Source: Alphaproteobacteria bacterium (GTDB lineage: Bacteria > Pseudomonadota > Alphaproteobacteria > MPNO01 > UBA830). From it: 64,000 bases of DNA. The position numbers and the translations under genes are program-made. Under the pieces are notes generated by a model. It was given only the letters and a program-made list of their open reading frames with translations, searched no databases and was not told where the DNA came from. Shown one piece after another: positions 54,235-64,000 of the stretch. Where the stretch lies: NCBI GenBank assembly GCA_964291215.2, contig OZ219791.1, forward strand, positions 3,008,001-3,072,000. The letters run 5' to 3'. The first letter of the stretch is position 1; each line of letters begins with the position of its first letter.

Positions 54235-55626
54235 TCAGTGCCGGGTCGCCGCAGTCGCTTCGAGGATGCCCGGTTCGTCGAGATGTTCCGACTGCAGCCA
54301 GCCACCGAGTTCGTCTAGGGCGCGCCGGCAATAGGCGTTTTTTCGCTCGCGTCCGCGAAGGCGCTGATCCAGGGGCGGCAGCAATCCGAAATTGATGTTC
54401 ATCGGCTGGTAGGAACCAGCGTCGGCTCCTTCCGTGATGTGCGCGAGCAACGCGCCGAGAGCCGTGGTCCGGGGCGGTGTCCGAAAGGCCCGACCAAGGG
54501 TTTCCGCTGCCGCGAAACATCCTGTGAGCAGACCGATCGCCGCGCTCTCGACATACCCCTCGACGCCGGTAATCTGGCCCGCAAACCGCAGCCGTGTCAT
54601 GGCCTTGAGGCGGAGTTCGCCGTCAAGGAGCCGCGGCGCGTTGAGGAACGTATTGCGGTGAATCCCGCCGAGGCGAGCGAAGGAGGCGTTCTCGAGTCCT
54701 GGGATCATGGACAGCACCCGTTTCTGCTCGCCGTGGCGCAGCTTGGTCTGGAATCCGACCATGTTGTAGAGCGTGCCGAGCCGGTTGTCGCGGCGCAGCT
54801 GGACGATGGCATAGGCGCCCTTGCCGGTACGGGGATTCGTCAGCCCGACCGGTTTCATCGGTCCGAAGCGGAGCGTGTCGTCACCGCGAGCAGCCATCAC
54901 CTCGATCGGCAGGCAACCCTCGAAGTACGGCGTTTCCTTCTCCCACTCCTGGAAGTCCGTGGCGTCGGCGGCCCTGAGGCTGGCGATGAAATCCAGATAC
55001 TCGTCCCGCTCAAGGGGGCAGTTGACGTAGTCCTTGGCGGTGCCGCCCGGAGCTGCCTTGTCGTAGCGCGACTGGAACCATGCCTTGTCGAGATTGATCG
55101 AGTCGGCATGCACGATCGGCGCGATGGCGTCGAAAAAGGCAAGCGAATCTTCACCTGTGAGCTCGTTGACGGCGGCGGCCAGCGGCTGCGAGGTGAGGGG
55201 ACCGGTTGCCACGATCACGCTCTCCCAGTCCGCTGGCGGCAAGCCGCGGACCTCGCTGCGTTGAAGCGTGATCAGCGGCTCGGCAGCAACCGCCTCGGTG
55301 ACGTGTCCTGCAAAACCGTCCCTGTCGACCGCCAGCGCGCCGCCGGCCGGAACCCTGTGCAGGTCTGCCGCGGCCATGACCAGGGATCCGGCCCGGCGCA
55401 TTTCCTCGTGGAGCAGACCCACGGCGTTATGGGTCGCGTCGTCCGAACGGAAGGAGTTCGAGCACACGAGTTCGGCCAGCTTGTCCGTCCGGTGTGCCTC
55501 GGTCATGCGATCGGGGCGCATCTCGTGTATCACGGCGGAAACGCCGACGCGGGCGAGTTGCCAGGCAGCTTCCGATCCGGCGAGCCCGCCGCCGACGACG
55601 TGTACCGGGCCGCGGGTCTGGGTCAC
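54235..55626 (-). CDS. trmFO: Folate/FAD-dependent tRNA (uracil-54) methyltransferase
   Basis: [42 protein letters not shown] start overlaps the chaC stop. Confidence 0.96.
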   Translation of the reverse strand: MTQTRGPVHVVGGGLAGSEAAWQLARVGVSAVIHEMRPDRMTEAHRTDKLAELVCSNSFRSDDATHNAVGLLHEEMRRAGSLVMAAADLHRVPAGGALAVDRDGFAGHVTEAVAAEPLITLQRSEVRGLPPADWESVIVATGPLTSQPLAAAVNELTGEDSLAFFDAIAPIVHADSINLDKAWFQSRYDKAAPGGTAKDYVNCPLERDEYLDFIASLRAADATDFQEWEKETPYFEGCLPIEVMAARGDDTLRFGPMKPVGLTNPRTGKGAYAIVQLRRDNRLGTLYNMVGFQTKLRHGEQKRVLSMIPGLENASFARLGGIHRNTFLNAPRLLDGELRLKAMTRLRFAGQITGVEGYVESAAIGLLTGCFAAAETLGRAFRTPPRTTALGALLAHITEGADAGSYQPMNINFGLLPPLDQRLRGRERKNAYCRRALDELGGWLQSEHLDEPGILEATAATRH

Positions 55627-56369
55627 GGTATCGCGAGCCCGGCGAGAATGCAAAGCCGGTGCAGCCGCCGGTCATGAATGCCCAGATTCTCCAGGTGCTG
55701 CGTGGTATTGAAGAGATAGTCGGCGCACGAACCCAAGTGGCCGCATCCCTGCGCGATATGGCGGGCGATCTCCGCGTCCGGAATGCGTCCGGCATAGTTG
55801 CGTGCGCGACGGTCGGCGACGAAGGTGATCGCGTGCACGGGACCATCGTCGGTCGTCACCCTGAGCAGGCGCACATTGTAGGCCTTGCCCGTCAGTTCGC
55901 GCATGAACACGCTGGCCAGTTCAGTCCTTGCCCGTTCCCGCCGTACGCCGAGAACGATGCCGCGGCACGATCCGCCGCGATCGAGCCCCAGCATCATTCC
56001 GGGCGCGTCGGGCGTTCCGCGTCCCGCTGTCGACCAGAAACAGAACTGGCGATGATAGCCGTAGAGCGTGCCGATCCGGTGTTTATCATACTCGAAGGCG
56101 GGATTCCAGATCAGCGATCCGTATCCAAACACCCATACCGTCGGGCCGCCAGAAGTTGCGATCATATCGTCCCGCTTCTGGAGGCGGTATGCCTCCGAAT
56201 TGAGCTCGATCTGATCGAGCAGTCCGGTGGCGGCGAGCATGTCGACATGCCGACCGGCCGTGAAATCCTCCTTGGTGAGGAGCGTGCCGCGGGTCTCCGT
56301 AGGTGCGTTGGTCACGACGCCTGTGTCTCCGGTCTGGAATTGTCCGAATCTCGGGTTATGCGTCTGCAT
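55623..56369 (-). CDS. chaC: Gamma-glutamylcyclotransferase, ChaC family
   Basis: [33 protein letters not shown]. Confidence 0.88.
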   Translation of the reverse strand: MQTHNPRFGQFQTGDTGVVTNAPTETRGTLLTKEDFTAGRHVDMLAATGLLDQIELNSEAYRLQKRDDMIATSGGPTVWVFGYGSLIWNPAFEYDKHRIGTLYGYHRQFCFWSTAGRGTPDAPGMMLGLDRGGSCRGIVLGVRRERARTELASVFMRELTGKAYNVRLLRVTTDDGPVHAITFVADRRARNYAGRIPDAEIARHIAQGCGHLGSCADYLFNTTQHLENLGIHDRRLHRLCILAGLAIP

Positions 56370-56370
56370 T

Positions 56371-59280
56371 TCATGCCGCCGGCCGTTCGTCGGTCCCGGC
56401 CGCCGGTACCCGGTTTCTGGCGGGTTTCGCTCCGGAGGAGGGCGCGGGAGCGCTTGCGGCGAGGCACGGCGCGAGATACCTGCCCGTATGGCTGTTCTCG
56501 GCGCGGGCGACATCCTCCGGAGTTCCGACAACCACGACATGGCCACCGCCGTCGCCGCCTTCCGGGCCGAGATCAATAACCCAGTCGGCCGTCTTTATGA
56601 CGTCGAGATTGTGTTCGATGACGATGACCGTGTTGCCCTGGTCTACCAGCGCGTGCAGAACTTCGAGCAGCTTGCGGATGTCGTCGAAATGAAGTCCGGT
56701 TGTGGGCTCGTCGAGAATGTAGATCGTGCGCCCGGTCGCCTTGCGCGAGAGTTCCTTCGACAGCTTGACCCGCTGCGCCTCGCCGCCCGACAGCGTCGTG
56801 GCCTGTTGTCCGATCTTGATGTAGCCGAGACCGACGCGGCGCAGCATGTCGAGTTTTCCCCGGATCGAGGGGACGGCGGAAAAGAACTTGACGCCTTCCT
56901 CGACCGTCATGTCGAGGACATCGGCGATCGACTTGCCGCGAAACTCGACCTCGAGCGTCTCGCGGTTGTAACGCTTGCCGTGGCATACGTCGCACTGGAC
57001 ATAGACGTCCGGAAGGAAGTGCATCTCGATCTTTATGAGGCCGTCGCCCTGGCAGGCTTCGCAGCGCCCACCCTTCACGTTGAAGGAGAAACGGCCGGCC
57101 TTGTAGCCGCGGGCGCGCGATTCGGGCAGGGCTGCGAACCATTCGCGAATCGGTGTGAACGCGCCGGTATAGGTTGCCGGATTGGACCGTGGCGTACGCC
57201 CGATCGGCGATTGGTCGATATCGACGACCTTGTCGACGAATTCGAGGCCGAGGAGTTCTCGATGCTCGCCGGGCACCACGCGCACGCCGTTGACGCGCCG
57301 CGCCGCGGTCTTGTAGAGGGTCTCGATGACGAGGCTCGACTTGCCGCTGCCGGACACGCCGGTCACGCAGGTGAGTACGCCGAGCGGGATATCGATGTCG
57401 ATGCCCTTAAGATTGTTGGCGCGGGCGCCGGCGATGCGGAGTTCCAGGCCGCGCTCGGCGGCGCGGCGCTTCGACGGCACCTCGATCCTGAGGTCGCCGC
57501 GGAGATATTTGGCAGTCAGGCTGTCCGGCGCGTTCATGACCGCTGGCGGAGGGCCTGCGGCGACCACGTTGCCGCCGTCAATGCCGGCGCCCGGCCCCAT
57601 GTCGACGAGCCACTCGGCTGCCAGAATCGCCTCTTCGTCATGCTCGACGACGATGACTGTATTGCCGAGGTCGCGAAGGCGTCTGAGGGTGTCGAGAAGA
57701 CGAGCATTGTCGCGCTGGTGGAGCCCTATGGACGGTTCGTCGAGAACGTAGAGAACGCCCGTCAGGCCGGAACCGATCTGTGAGGCGAGGCGGATGCGCT
57801 GGCTCTCGCCGCCCGAGAGCGAGCCCGACATGCGCGAGAGCGTCAGATATTCCAATCCGACATCGTTGAGGAAGCCCAGCCGCTCGTTGATCTCCTTGAG
57901 TATGCCCGATGCGATCTGCGCCTGCTTGTCACTGAGCCGTGCGGCCAGCGTCTCGAACCACTTGGCGGCGTCGCCGATGGCGAATTCCGTCACCTGACTG
58001 ATATGAAGGCCGTCGATCTTGACGGCTAGCGCTTCGGGCCGGAGACGGGCGCCGTCGCAGGCCTCGCACCGCGAGACGGTCTGGAACTTCTCCAGTTCTT
58101 CGCGCACCCAGCTGGAATCGGTTTCCCGATAGCGGCGTTCGAGATTCGGCAGCACGCCTTCGAACGGGCGGTTGACGGTATAGGATCTCTTTTCATCGGC
58201 GTAGATTATCTTGATCGGCTTATCGCCTGATCCGTAGAGCACGACATGGCGGTTCTTCTTCGAGAGCTTGCCGAACGGTGTCGTCATCGAGAAACCGTAC
58301 GCCTGCGCGAGCGATGTCAGCGTCTGCTCGTAGTAGCTCGACGGCGCTTCGGCCCACGGTACCAGGGCGCCGTCGCGGAGCGACTTGGCCGGATTGCGAA
58401 CCACCAGATCGGGATCGAAATACATTTTTGTACCGAGACCGTCACAGGCCGGACAGGCGCCGTGCGGGTTGTTGAAGGAAAACAGCCGCGGTTCGATTTC
58501 GTCGATGGTGAATCCGGAGACCGGACAGGCAAACTTGGCCGAGAAGATGGTGCGTTCGCAGCTGTCCGCGTTCTCGGCGATCGCGAGTCCGTCGGTCAGC
58601 GCAAGCGCGGTCTCCAACGAGTCGGCGACACGGTTGCCGAGTTCGTCGCGAACCACGATGCGGTCGACGATGACTTCTATGTCGTGCCTGGTGTTCTTGT
58701 CGAGCGCCGGCACATCCTCGATGTCGTGGATGGTGCCGTCGACCCGGACGCGAGCAAAACCCTTCTTGCGCAGTTCGGCAAATTCCCGGCGGTACTCGCC
58801 CTTGCGGCCGCGGACGATTGGCGCGAGGATGTACAGGCGGGTTCCCGCTTCCATGGTTGCGACGCGATCGACCATCTGCGAGACCGTCTGGCTCTCGATG
58901 GGCAGGCCGGTCTCGGGCGAGTAGGGGGTGCCGGCCCGAGCGAATAACAGGCGCATGTAGTCATAGATCTCGGTGACGGTTCCAACCGTCGACCTCGGGT
59001 TTCGCGAGGTTGTCTTCTGTTCGATGGAAATGGCCGGCGACAGGCCCTCGATGGAATCGACATCCGGCTTTTCCATCAGCTCAAGGAACTGGCGCGCATA
59101 GGCCGACAGACTTTCGACGTAGCGTCGCTGGCCCTCTGCATAAACGGTGTCGAAGGCCAGCGTCGACTTGCCGGACCCGGAAATGCCGGTGATCACCACG
59201 AGCGCGTCACGCGGCAGTTCGACATCGATGTTCTGAAGGTTGTTTTCCCGTGCGCCGCGAATGAGGATCTTCGATTGCAT
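56371..59280 (-). CDS. uvrA: Excinuclease ABC subunit A
   Basis: Two ABC domains ([21 protein letters not shown] x2), zinc fingers, EGQRRYVES. Confidence 0.98.
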   Translation of the reverse strand: MQSKILIRGARENNLQNIDVELPRDALVVITGISGSGKSTLAFDTVYAEGQRRYVESLSAYARQFLELMEKPDVDSIEGLSPAISIEQKTTSRNPRSTVGTVTEIYDYMRLLFARAGTPYSPETGLPIESQTVSQMVDRVATMEAGTRLYILAPIVRGRKGEYRREFAELRKKGFARVRVDGTIHDIEDVPALDKNTRHDIEVIVDRIVVRDELGNRVADSLETALALTDGLAIAENADSCERTIFSAKFACPVSGFTIDEIEPRLFSFNNPHGACPACDGLGTKMYFDPDLVVRNPAKSLRDGALVPWAEAPSSYYEQTLTSLAQAYGFSMTTPFGKLSKKNRHVVLYGSGDKPIKIIYADEKRSYTVNRPFEGVLPNLERRYRETDSSWVREELEKFQTVSRCEACDGARLRPEALAVKIDGLHISQVTEFAIGDAAKWFETLAARLSDKQAQIASGILKEINERLGFLNDVGLEYLTLSRMSGSLSGGESQRIRLASQIGSGLTGVLYVLDEPSIGLHQRDNARLLDTLRRLRDLGNTVIVVEHDEEAILAAEWLVDMGPGAGIDGGNVVAAGPPPAVMNAPDSLTAKYLRGDLRIEVPSKRRAAERGLELRIAGARANNLKGIDIDIPLGVLTCVTGVSGSGKSSLVIETLYKTAARRVNGVRVVPGEHRELLGLEFVDKVVDIDQSPIGRTPRSNPATYTGAFTPIREWFAALPESRARGYKAGRFSFNVKGGRCEACQGDGLIKIEMHFLPDVYVQCDVCHGKRYNRETLEVEFRGKSIADVLDMTVEEGVKFFSAVPSIRGKLDMLRRVGLGYIKIGQQATTLSGGEAQRVKLSKELSRKATGRTIYILDEPTTGLHFDDIRKLLEVLHALVDQGNTVIVIEHNLDVIKTADWVIDLGPEGGDGGGHVVVVGTPEDVARAENSHTGRYLAPCLAASAPAPSSGAKPARNRVPAAGTDERPAA

Positions 59281-59375
59281 CTGCCGAAACTGGAACGGGT
59301 GACGTGAACCTGAGAAGCTGGTAATACCTCATCGCCCCGGTCAACGCGACTCTCGCGCTCGCGGAAAGGAAGCGA

Positions 59376-60350
59376 ATGAAGAAGCTTGCTGTGCTGGACG
59401 ATTATCAGGGCGTTGCCCTCGAGATGGCGGACTGGTCGGCGCTCGACGGTGATGTCGAGATAACGGTGTTCCGCGACCATCTCGCCGACGAAGGTGCGGT
59501 TGCGGAACGGCTGCGCGAATTCGAGATCGTGATGGTCATGCGCGAGCGTACGCCCTTTCCGCGCTCGCTGTTCGCTAAGCTGCCGAAGCTCGAGCACCTG
59601 GTGAGCAGCGGCATGCGCAATCTCTCGATCGACCTTGCGGCCGCCGTCGACTGCGGCGTCCTGTGCACCGGAACTCCGTCGCTCGGATATCCGACCTCGG
59701 AGCTTACATGGGGGTTGATTCACGACCTCGCGCGGCACATCTCGATCGAGGATCGCGGGACCCGGGCGGGCGCCTGGCAGAAAACCGTGGGCGTCGGCTT
59801 GCGAGACAAGACACTCGGCGTGATGGGGCTGGGGCGGATTGGAAACGATGTCGCGCGGGTCGGCATAGCGCTCGGCATGCGGGTTATCGCGTGGTCGGAA
59901 AACCTGACCCAGGACCGTTGCGATGAGGTCGGTGCGCGTCTGGCGGGCAGGGAGCAGATTCTTCGCGAATCGGATTTCCTGACCATTCACCTTCTTCTCA
60001 GCGACCGCACGCGGGGCCTTCTGCAGGCGGGAGATCTCGGGTTGATGAAATCCACGGCCTACCTGATCAACACGTCTCGTGGACCGATCGTCGACGAGGC
60101 AGCCCTGGTTTCGGCCTTGCGCGAAGGCTGGATAGCGGGCGCCGGCCTCGACGTCTTCGACATAGAGCCGCTGCCCGCCGATCATCCGCTTCGCAACATG
60201 CCCAACACGGTGATCACGCCGCACCTCGGATATGCGACGGTCGAGAACTACCGGAACTGGTACGGCGGCGCGGTCGAGAATCTGCGGTCGTGGCTCGACG
60301 GCTGCGTCATCAATGAAATGACCGGATCGGGCCAGCGGACTCCGGGCTGA
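59376..60350 (+). CDS. D-2-hydroxyacid dehydrogenase family protein
   Basis: MRERTPF, GLGRIG, INTSRG, DVFDIEPL, TPHLG. Confidence 0.93.
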   Translation: MKKLAVLDDYQGVALEMADWSALDGDVEITVFRDHLADEGAVAERLREFEIVMVMRERTPFPRSLFAKLPKLEHLVSSGMRNLSIDLAAAVDCGVLCTGTPSLGYPTSELTWGLIHDLARHISIEDRGTRAGAWQKTVGVGLRDKTLGVMGLGRIGNDVARVGIALGMRVIAWSENLTQDRCDEVGARLAGREQILRESDFLTIHLLLSDRTRGLLQAGDLGLMKSTAYLINTSRGPIVDEAALVSALREGWIAGAGLDVFDIEPLPADHPLRNMPNTVITPHLGYATVENYRNWYGGAVENLRSWLDGCVINEMTGSGQRTPG

Positions 60351-60478
60351 GGGCAGTTGGCGTTGCGCCCGACAGGCGAGTTATCCACGGCTTTTTTTGC
60401 GGGTCGAATCGTCTGGACGTCAGTCTCGGCGCCCGCGTTGGCTATGATACCGAAAACCACCGGATTCGGGAGAGGCGC

Positions 60479-60979
60479 ATGTCGGGGAGCGTGAACAAGG
60501 TCATCCTGGTAGGCAATCTCGGGGGCGACCCCGATGTGCGCCATACGAAGGATGGCAAGCCGGTCGTGAACCTGTCCGTTGCCACGTCAGAGACCTGGCG
60601 CGATCGCAACAGCAACGAACGCCGCGAACGAACGGAATGGCACCGCGTCGTCATCTTCTCCGAGGGTTTGGGCAGGGTTGCTCAGCAATATTTGCGCAAG
60701 GGGGCGAAGGTATACGTTGAGGGCCAGCTCCAGACCAGCAAGTGGACCGATCAACAGGGCGCCGAGCGCTACACGACGGAAGTGGTGATTAGCGGCTTCA
60801 ACGGTACGTTCACGATGCTCGATTCGCGTAACAGCCGCGATGCCGGTGGAGGCGGGGGATACGGTCACGACGGTGAGCCAGGTCGGGCGCCCGCCGACCA
60901 GTTCGGCGGCGGACAGGATGCCGGCTCCGCTGTTCCTGACGGGACGGCTGACGATCTTGATGACGAAATTCCGTTCTAA
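60479..60979 (+). CDS. ssb: Single-stranded DNA-binding protein
   Basis: SVNKVILVGNLG.DP, TEWHRV, C-terminal DDEIPF. Confidence 0.98.
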   Translation: MSGSVNKVILVGNLGGDPDVRHTKDGKPVVNLSVATSETWRDRNSNERRERTEWHRVVIFSEGLGRVAQQYLRKGAKVYVEGQLQTSKWTDQQGAERYTTEVVISGFNGTFTMLDSRNSRDAGGGGGYGHDGEPGRAPADQFGGGQDAGSAVPDGTADDLDDEIPF

Positions 60980-61376
60980 AGGGTGTTCGGCGGCGTGAAT
61001 TCGTCAGGCGGGCAGGGGCCGGCGTTCGCGTGGCACGTTGGCTGCGATCCGATCTGGTCTCAAAGCGCCAATGGCAGGAGGTGCATCGACATGAAGATTC
61101 TGAGACGCGCGATAACGATGGCCGCGCGCCGCACGCTGTCGTGTCCGGTGCCCGACGACAAGTCCGATATGTCGCCGGAAGGCGGCGAAGGGGTGCCGCT
61201 GGTGCTTGCGGTGGACACTTCCCGCCTGCGAAACGGCGACAAGAAAGAGGGAATGCCGAGGGACGCAAGCGATTGACGCCCGCTCCGGTCGGCATTCCGG
61301 TGCCGGGCCGGCCGTGAGAATCCGGTCGGCTCTGTAATGCAGCCTTACAGACACCGCCTGCAGCCGCAGTCGCGGC

Positions 61377-62519
61377 TCAGTTGCCGGCTGCAACCTGACG
61401 TCGGCGCCACTGTTCCGTGTTGTCCAGCGTCGCCGTCGGCCGGATCATGTCGGGATCGAACGCAACGGGCGCATCGCCCCCGCGAACCTTCCACGGCCAA
61501 TCGGGATCGGCGAGGGCGCCTTTTGCGATAGCCACTGCGTCGGCGGTCTTCTCGGCGAGCATCCGTTCGGATTGTCCGGCATCGTGAAGCTTGCCGCAGG
61601 CGATGATCTGCACGCTGTCGGGAACCGCCTCCCGCGCCAATGCGGCCAGCGACCGTCCAGAGCCGAACACGGGCTCGAAACCGCGGTGGGCGTTGACATG
61701 GATGTAGGTCGGGCCGGCCCGTCCGATCGCGCCGAAGATCGCTTCCGCATCGCGGGTGCCGCCGGGCCAGCTGTAGGCGAGATCGTTGACCTTGCTTTCC
61801 GAGATCCGTATCCCGAAGGGAATGCGGTCAGCGACCGTGTCCCTGACGGCGGTCACCAGTTCGACATGAAAGCGCACGCGCCGTTCGATCGATCCGCCAT
61901 AGTCGTCGGTCCGCCGGTTCGTGTGTTCGGTGAGGAACTGGTCGGCGAGATAGCCGTTTGCGCCATGGAGTTCGATGCCATCGAAGCCGACATCGGCAGC
62001 TCTGATGGCCGCTTCCGCAAACGCTTCCATGACGTTCTGGATTTCTCCCCTGGTCATCTTGCGCGGCACCGGAAACTCGCCTCGACCCATGTAGTGCGGC
62101 GCCATTTCTCCGCGCGGTTGCACTGCGGACGGAGCGATCGCGCCTTCGACATGGTCGTTGTGTTGTACCAGCGCTCCCGCATGCAGGAGTTGCATGAAGA
62201 CCGGCACGTTCTCTGCGTGTACCGCGTCGACGACAGCGGACCATGAATCCCGTTGCGCCTCGTCCGCGATGCCGGGCTGGCCCAGGTAGCCTTGGCTGTA
62301 GTGCCGGTCGATATAGGTCCCTTCCGTGATGACGAGGCCGAAGCCGCCGCGGGCGTATCTCGCGTAGTACTCCGCCATCTGCGTGGTCGCGGTGCCGTCG
62401 GGGTTGGCGCTGACGCGCGTCATCGGTGCGACGGCGGCGCGGTTGGGCAGAGCTACCGCGCCGATCGTCCCCGGCGAAAACAGGGTCGGATAGTGCGGCG
62501 GATTCTGATCGTTCATCAT
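61377..62519 (-). CDS. NADH:flavin oxidoreductase (Old Yellow Enzyme family)
   Basis: APMTR, QLLHAG, ELHGANGYL.DQF, NRRTDDYGGS. Confidence 0.92.
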   Translation of the reverse strand: MMNDQNPPHYPTLFSPGTIGAVALPNRAAVAPMTRVSANPDGTATTQMAEYYARYARGGFGLVITEGTYIDRHYSQGYLGQPGIADEAQRDSWSAVVDAVHAENVPVFMQLLHAGALVQHNDHVEGAIAPSAVQPRGEMAPHYMGRGEFPVPRKMTRGEIQNVMEAFAEAAIRAADVGFDGIELHGANGYLADQFLTEHTNRRTDDYGGSIERRVRFHVELVTAVRDTVADRIPFGIRISESKVNDLAYSWPGGTRDAEAIFGAIGRAGPTYIHVNAHRGFEPVFGSGRSLAALAREAVPDSVQIIACGKLHDAGQSERMLAEKTADAVAIAKGALADPDWPWKVRGGDAPVAFDPDMIRPTATLDNTEQWRRRQVAAGN

Positions 62520-62613
62520 GACCTCTTGTCGGATGCCGCGGCAGGGTCGCGGCCTTCGGCATCTGCTCTGCGTCCCGGCGTACCCGTTTCTCCGGGGCAG
62601 GCTTGGCCGCCGG

Positions 62614-64000
62614 TCACGGTTGCGCGCTATCGTCGTCGGGTATCACGGGCAGCAGCAGATGCGCCGGCTTGTCGGGCGCCATGTGAAGCGTGACCTTGTC
62701 TCCGAAGACCGAAGCCGGACGATCAGCTGGATCGTCGTGCTTGAACGGCCCGACGCCTGTGAATACCGCGCCAAGGGTTCCGAGCCCGGTGCCCGAACCG
62801 CCCGGCCACTCATAGTCGCGCCCGCGCACGGTCAGGCCGATCCTGTGGCCGCTCGGCACCACGATACTCGTTGGCCAAACCTCGATGTCGAGTTCGTAGA
62901 TCTCGCCCGGCTGGAGCGGCTGTTTCTCGTCGTGGGTATGGTAGGGCCGATAGGGCAGGCTCAGCGTTTCGTCGAGCTTGCGATGCGAGGCCCTGAGCCA
63001 TCCCTGGGCGACGGGTGTGTTGGGGTCAAGTGCGCCCTGGAAGGTGACCTCCTTCATGTCGGGCGTGAAGATCCTGACGACAAGAAACAGGTCCGCGTCC
63101 TCGGTTTCCGAAGACACCCAGAGCTTGGCCGCTATCGGGCCCGTAATCTCGGTTGCCTCTTCGACGGGCGCGGTCAGGAAGGTCACGCCGTCGCCGAGTC
63201 CCTCGTAGGTGACGGAAGCGGATTCGGACACCGGCGATTCGCCCAGCGAGTGGTCGCCGGGATCGAGGTAGAGCCTGGTCCAGTCGGTGCGCGGAATCGG
63301 CCAGTCCTCCTCGTGCCTTTCGACAAATCTCTCGCCCGGATGACGGACCAGCAATTGCACCTTGGGCTGGTTCTCCCAGCCGGTATCCTCGCCCTTGAGA
63401 AAGTGCCCGAAGAACTTCTTCTGCAGCGCGACGCCGTAGTCGGTGTAGAACTCGGTCCAGTGCTCGATGCCGTGCACCTCGAGCCACTTCTGGCTTGAGG
63501 CGGAACGCACGAAACCCTCGAAATTGCCGCGCGGGTGCAGCCCTTGGCCGCCCCAGTTTCCGGATGAGAGCAGCGGCACCGCGACCTTCGACCAGTCGGG
63601 CATGCGCGACTGCCAGTATTCGGAGCTGTCGAGCGGGTTGTCCTGGCAGTCCTTCCAGAAATCGTGCCTGTTGCTGCCGAGTTCCTCGTCGGTGAGCGTC
63701 GGCGGTCCGGCAACCCAATCGCCGTTCATGCGGCTGCGATAGCCCTTCTTGCCCTTGCCGTGCTGGACCGAGATCACCTGCGACGGAAACCAGGTCCGGC
63801 CGAAGCTGCAGAGGATGCCGCCGTGATGCGAGAGGTCGCGGTAGAAATCGGCCGCCCCTTCCCAGATGCAGATCGCCGCAAGATGCGGAGGTTGCAGTGC
63901 CGCAACCTGCCACTGGTTCATCGCGTAGTAGGAGATGCCGTTGATGCCGACCTTTCCGTTCGACCATGGCTGTACGCCCGCCCACTCGATGCAGTCGTGG
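62614..64000 (-). CDS. CocE/NonD family hydrolase (5' part outside window)
   Basis: WSNGKVGINGISYYA nucleophile elbow near the window end; GWLRASHR in the PepX_C-like domain. Confidence 0.88.
   Translation of the reverse strand, partial: HDCIEWAGVQPWSNGKVGINGISYYAMNQWQVAALQPPHLAAICIWEGAADFYRDLSHHGGILCSFGRTWFPSQVISVQHGKGKKGYRSRMNGDWVAGPPTLTDEELGSNRHDFWKDCQDNPLDSSEYWQSRMPDWSKVAVPLLSSGNWGGQGLHPRGNFEGFVRSASSQKWLEVHGIEHWTEFYTDYGVALQKKFFGHFLKGEDTGWENQPKVQLLVRHPGERFVERHEEDWPIPRTDWTRLYLDPGDHSLGESPVSESASVTYEGLGDGVTFLTAPVEEATEITGPIAAKLWVSSETEDADLFLVVRIFTPDMKEVTFQGALDPNTPVAQGWLRASHRKLDETLSLPYRPYHTHDEKQPLQPGEIYELDIEVWPTSIVVPSGHRIGLTVRGRDYEWPGGSGTGLGTLGAVFTGVGPFKHDDPADRPASVFGDKVTLHMAPDKPAHLLLPVIPDDDSAQP

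Noticed and set aside
59286-59315. LexA box upstream of uvrA
   Set aside because: The two GAAC motifs are 9 nt apart, not 7.

Overview
GC-rich alphaproteobacterial chromosome segment (Rhodospirillales-like gene order; taxonomy is inference). 0.4-25.8 kb: transport and metabolic genes, then the conserved argS-SPOR-nagZ-scpAB-(ABC ATPase)-tatABC-serS-pcm-nlpD-DUF815-yajC-secDF cluster. About 26-49 kb is a mobile-element graveyard inserted after secF. It holds IS4, ISAs1(+DUF4338), two IS256, ISAzo13 and IS1634 remnants, all riddled with short deletions, plus a few intact cargo genes (Phd-PIN toxin-antitoxin, Bcr/CflA exporter, AAA-ATPase + S8 protease of the IetAS type, one tyrosine integrase). 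Its centre is a ~2.9-kb inverted repeat: two copies of an IS66-family element, each with a Dam-like methyltransferase remnant coupled to the transposase and a group II intron inserted antisense at the same codon. The pair brackets a 7.4-kb cargo of ietAS-like genes and tandem integrases. 49-64 kb returns to core and metabolic genes (PuuD-like, squalene/phytoene synthase family, NicX-like, trmFO, chaC, uvrA, ssb, OYE, CocE/NonD), with an ISAzo13 inserted at the trmFO stop codon. No rRNA, tRNA or CRISPR array was seen. All family calls come from motifs recognised by eye; no searches were run.
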